Assembly: GCA_965261595.1 (NCBI GenBank)
Contig: CBDHDG010000004.1
Coordinates: 192,001 to 256,000 of the forward strand
DNA length: 64,000 bases
Origin: a bacterium
GTDB taxonomy: Bacteria > UBA8248 > JACPRG01 > G963555815
Direction of reading: 5' to 3'
The notes beneath the pieces were generated by a model, which had not been told where the DNA came from, did not search any database, and saw only the letters and a list, made by a program, of their open reading frames with translations. The translations under genes and the position numbers were made by a program. Positions 62,399-64,000 of the stretch are shown piece by piece. The first letter of the stretch is position 1; each line of letters starts with the position of its first letter.

Positions 62399-63639
62399 GC
62401 TTTCAGGGTGTGGAGGAGGCGGAGCGGGGGGGAGGGAGAGGGAGGAAAAATCACGGCGCGGTCGGATTGCGCGGAGCAGAAAACGTCAGGGGGCGCCGGT
62501 CTCTCCTTCCTTGAAGACGCGGGGGCGAACATTTTCCATCCGGCCGAGCCAGCCCGCCTCTTCGGTCGCGCGATCGAGATCCCGATACCGGCCGACAATC
62601 ACCTGGTGCCGTTTTCCCTTTGCTCCCATGTCGGACATCCGAATAAACGCCGGGTAGGCGTTTCTTCTCAGCGCCTCTCTCTGCTCCAACGCATCCCGGC
62701 AGTCGGCATGCGATCCGACCAGAATGTAGTACCGGCCTTCCCGGGAATACGTGACCCGCACGGGCCTGGGGGCGGGGGGGCGTCCGGGACCTTGCCCGGC
62801 GTCGCGGGTCTCAACCCGGAGCGCTTGCCCCCGGAGGGAGGGAGGGGGGACGTCTTAATCGTGGACGGCATGCCGGCCTTCCGGATGCGGAACAGGTTCC
62901 GGGGTGTCGAAGTCCGTTCCGCCTCAAGCAACGGAGACATCGTCTTGACCGGCGCGGGGGGCCGAGCCCGGGCCGCATCGGCCGAATGGCGGGATCGGGA
63001 AGGCGCCACGCGTTTCCGCGGGAGGGGTCCGGATTGCGGGGCGGAGGCCTCCGCTTCGCTCCCCGGACCCACTCGCAACAGGAAGGAGGAAAGCTTTGTC
63101 TTCAGAGATTCCGGCCGGGCGACGGACGGCCGCACCAAACCCAGACCGCCGACGGGACGGGGGAGGGGGGGGGACAGAGCGGGACGAAGCGTGGCTGCCA
63201 TTTTCGGAGGTTCGGCTTTTTTTGCTCGGACGGGAGGCCGCGGCTTGACCCGGCCCTTTTCAGGCGATTTCCCGGCCGCTTTCGCGGGAAGGGGATTTTC
63301 TCGGGGAATCATCCGCTTGACCATGCCACTTCCCTGGACGGCCTTCTTCAGTTTCTTTAGCCTCTTCCTTTTCGTTGTTTTTGTTGTTTCCAGGGCTTCG
63401 GCGGACGTGAATCGAATCCCGGCGGGTTTCAGAAAACGCCCCTTGGCTTCTCTCGTAACCGTGGCGACCCAGTCGGTTTCAGGAATAAGGGATTTGCCGA
63501 TCAGAAAACCGAGGAGAAATATCAGCCCGAAAACAACGAGCGTACCGGTGAGGATTGTCCTCATCCGGCGCTGGCCGAACCGGAACTGATAAATGCTCTC
63601 GTTCTCGTCCCGCGACAGATTTCCGCGTCGTTTGCGCAT
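62399..63639 (-). CDS. SPOR-domain cell-division protein (single TM, Pro-rich linker); frameshifted near 62765, exact end uncertain
   Basis: N-terminal TM, long P/K/A-rich linker, YYILVGS...A......L....YPAFI...HQVIVGRY SPOR-like segment in another frame (62486-62761); follows argS. Confidence 0.65.
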
Positions 63640-63678
63640 GTGCGGCGCCGACCCCTTTGAAAGCGTCTCCTGCCTTTT

Positions 63679-63687
63679 ATTATAGCA
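63679..63687 (-). promoter_or_regulatory. extended -10 promoter (TGcTATAAT) for the SPOR gene
   Basis: Perfect TGnTATAAT 40 bp upstream of ATG 63639. Confidence 0.55.
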
Positions 63688-63689
63688 TC

Positions 63690-64000
63690 TTACATGCGCT
63701 CTGGCGCGGAAATCCCCAAAAGGTCAAGCGCCCGCCTCACAACCAGCCCGAAAAAATCGACCAGAAACAAACGCGCCGCGTTCAATGCGGCGTCGTCGGA
63801 GATAAACCTGTGATGCCTGTAATAATTGTGGAAGATTGCCGCGAGATCCATCAGGTAGTGGGTCAGACGGTGCGGCTCGAGGCTCAGGGCGGCGGATTCC
63901 ACGATTTCCGGGAACCGCAGGAGCCTCAGGATGAGCGCGCGCTCCTCGGGCAGCGTAAGCGGGGAGAGATCCACCTCCCCCAGTCCAAGGGGGGGGATTT
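63690..64000 (-). CDS. argS: arginyl-tRNA synthetase, C-terminal anticodon-binding domain (partial)
   Basis: EPHRLTHYL.DLAA.FH.YY...ARL.L...LDLLGISAPERM. Confidence 0.93.
   Translation of the reverse strand, partial: IPPLGLGEVDLSPLTLPEERALILRLLRFPEIVESAALSLEPHRLTHYLMDLAAIFHNYYRHHRFISDDAALNAARLFLVDFFGLVVRRALDLLGISAPERM

Overview
High-GC bacterial chromosomal window. The hom-thrC-apgM-lysC-cimA and argS-SPOR gene order suggests a deltaproteobacterial/Nitrospinota/Nitrospirota-like organism (inference only). The left ~34 kb is accessory. It holds catabolic/redox genes (Mo-hydroxylase large subunit, a probable selenocysteine-containing AhpD/CMD-like protein, PhzF, THI5-like binding protein, UbiD, ALS, LLM oxidoreductase, CoA-transferase), a Rieske/cytochrome b6/HAO-like octaheme operon and seven IS copies (IS3 x3, IS1380 x2, IS1595, IS256). 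At 18.7-26 kb an AAA/ABC-type ATPase gene has been broken by nested IS insertions; one is an ISEcp1-like IS1380 transposition unit that captured 357 bp of flanking DNA (5-bp target duplication visible). The right ~30 kb is mostly housekeeping (asd, leuB, mtaB, queG, glyQS, cimA, lysC, thrC, hom, lipA, argS) plus a tandem of three ubiD paralogues, one catalytically degenerate. Other signals: a candidate structured leader RNA before a cation/H+ antiporter, GTAG-type REPs and recurring IHF-like boxes. Several genes carry single-base frameshifts that look like long-read consensus errors. No rRNA, tRNA or CRISPR array was recognised.
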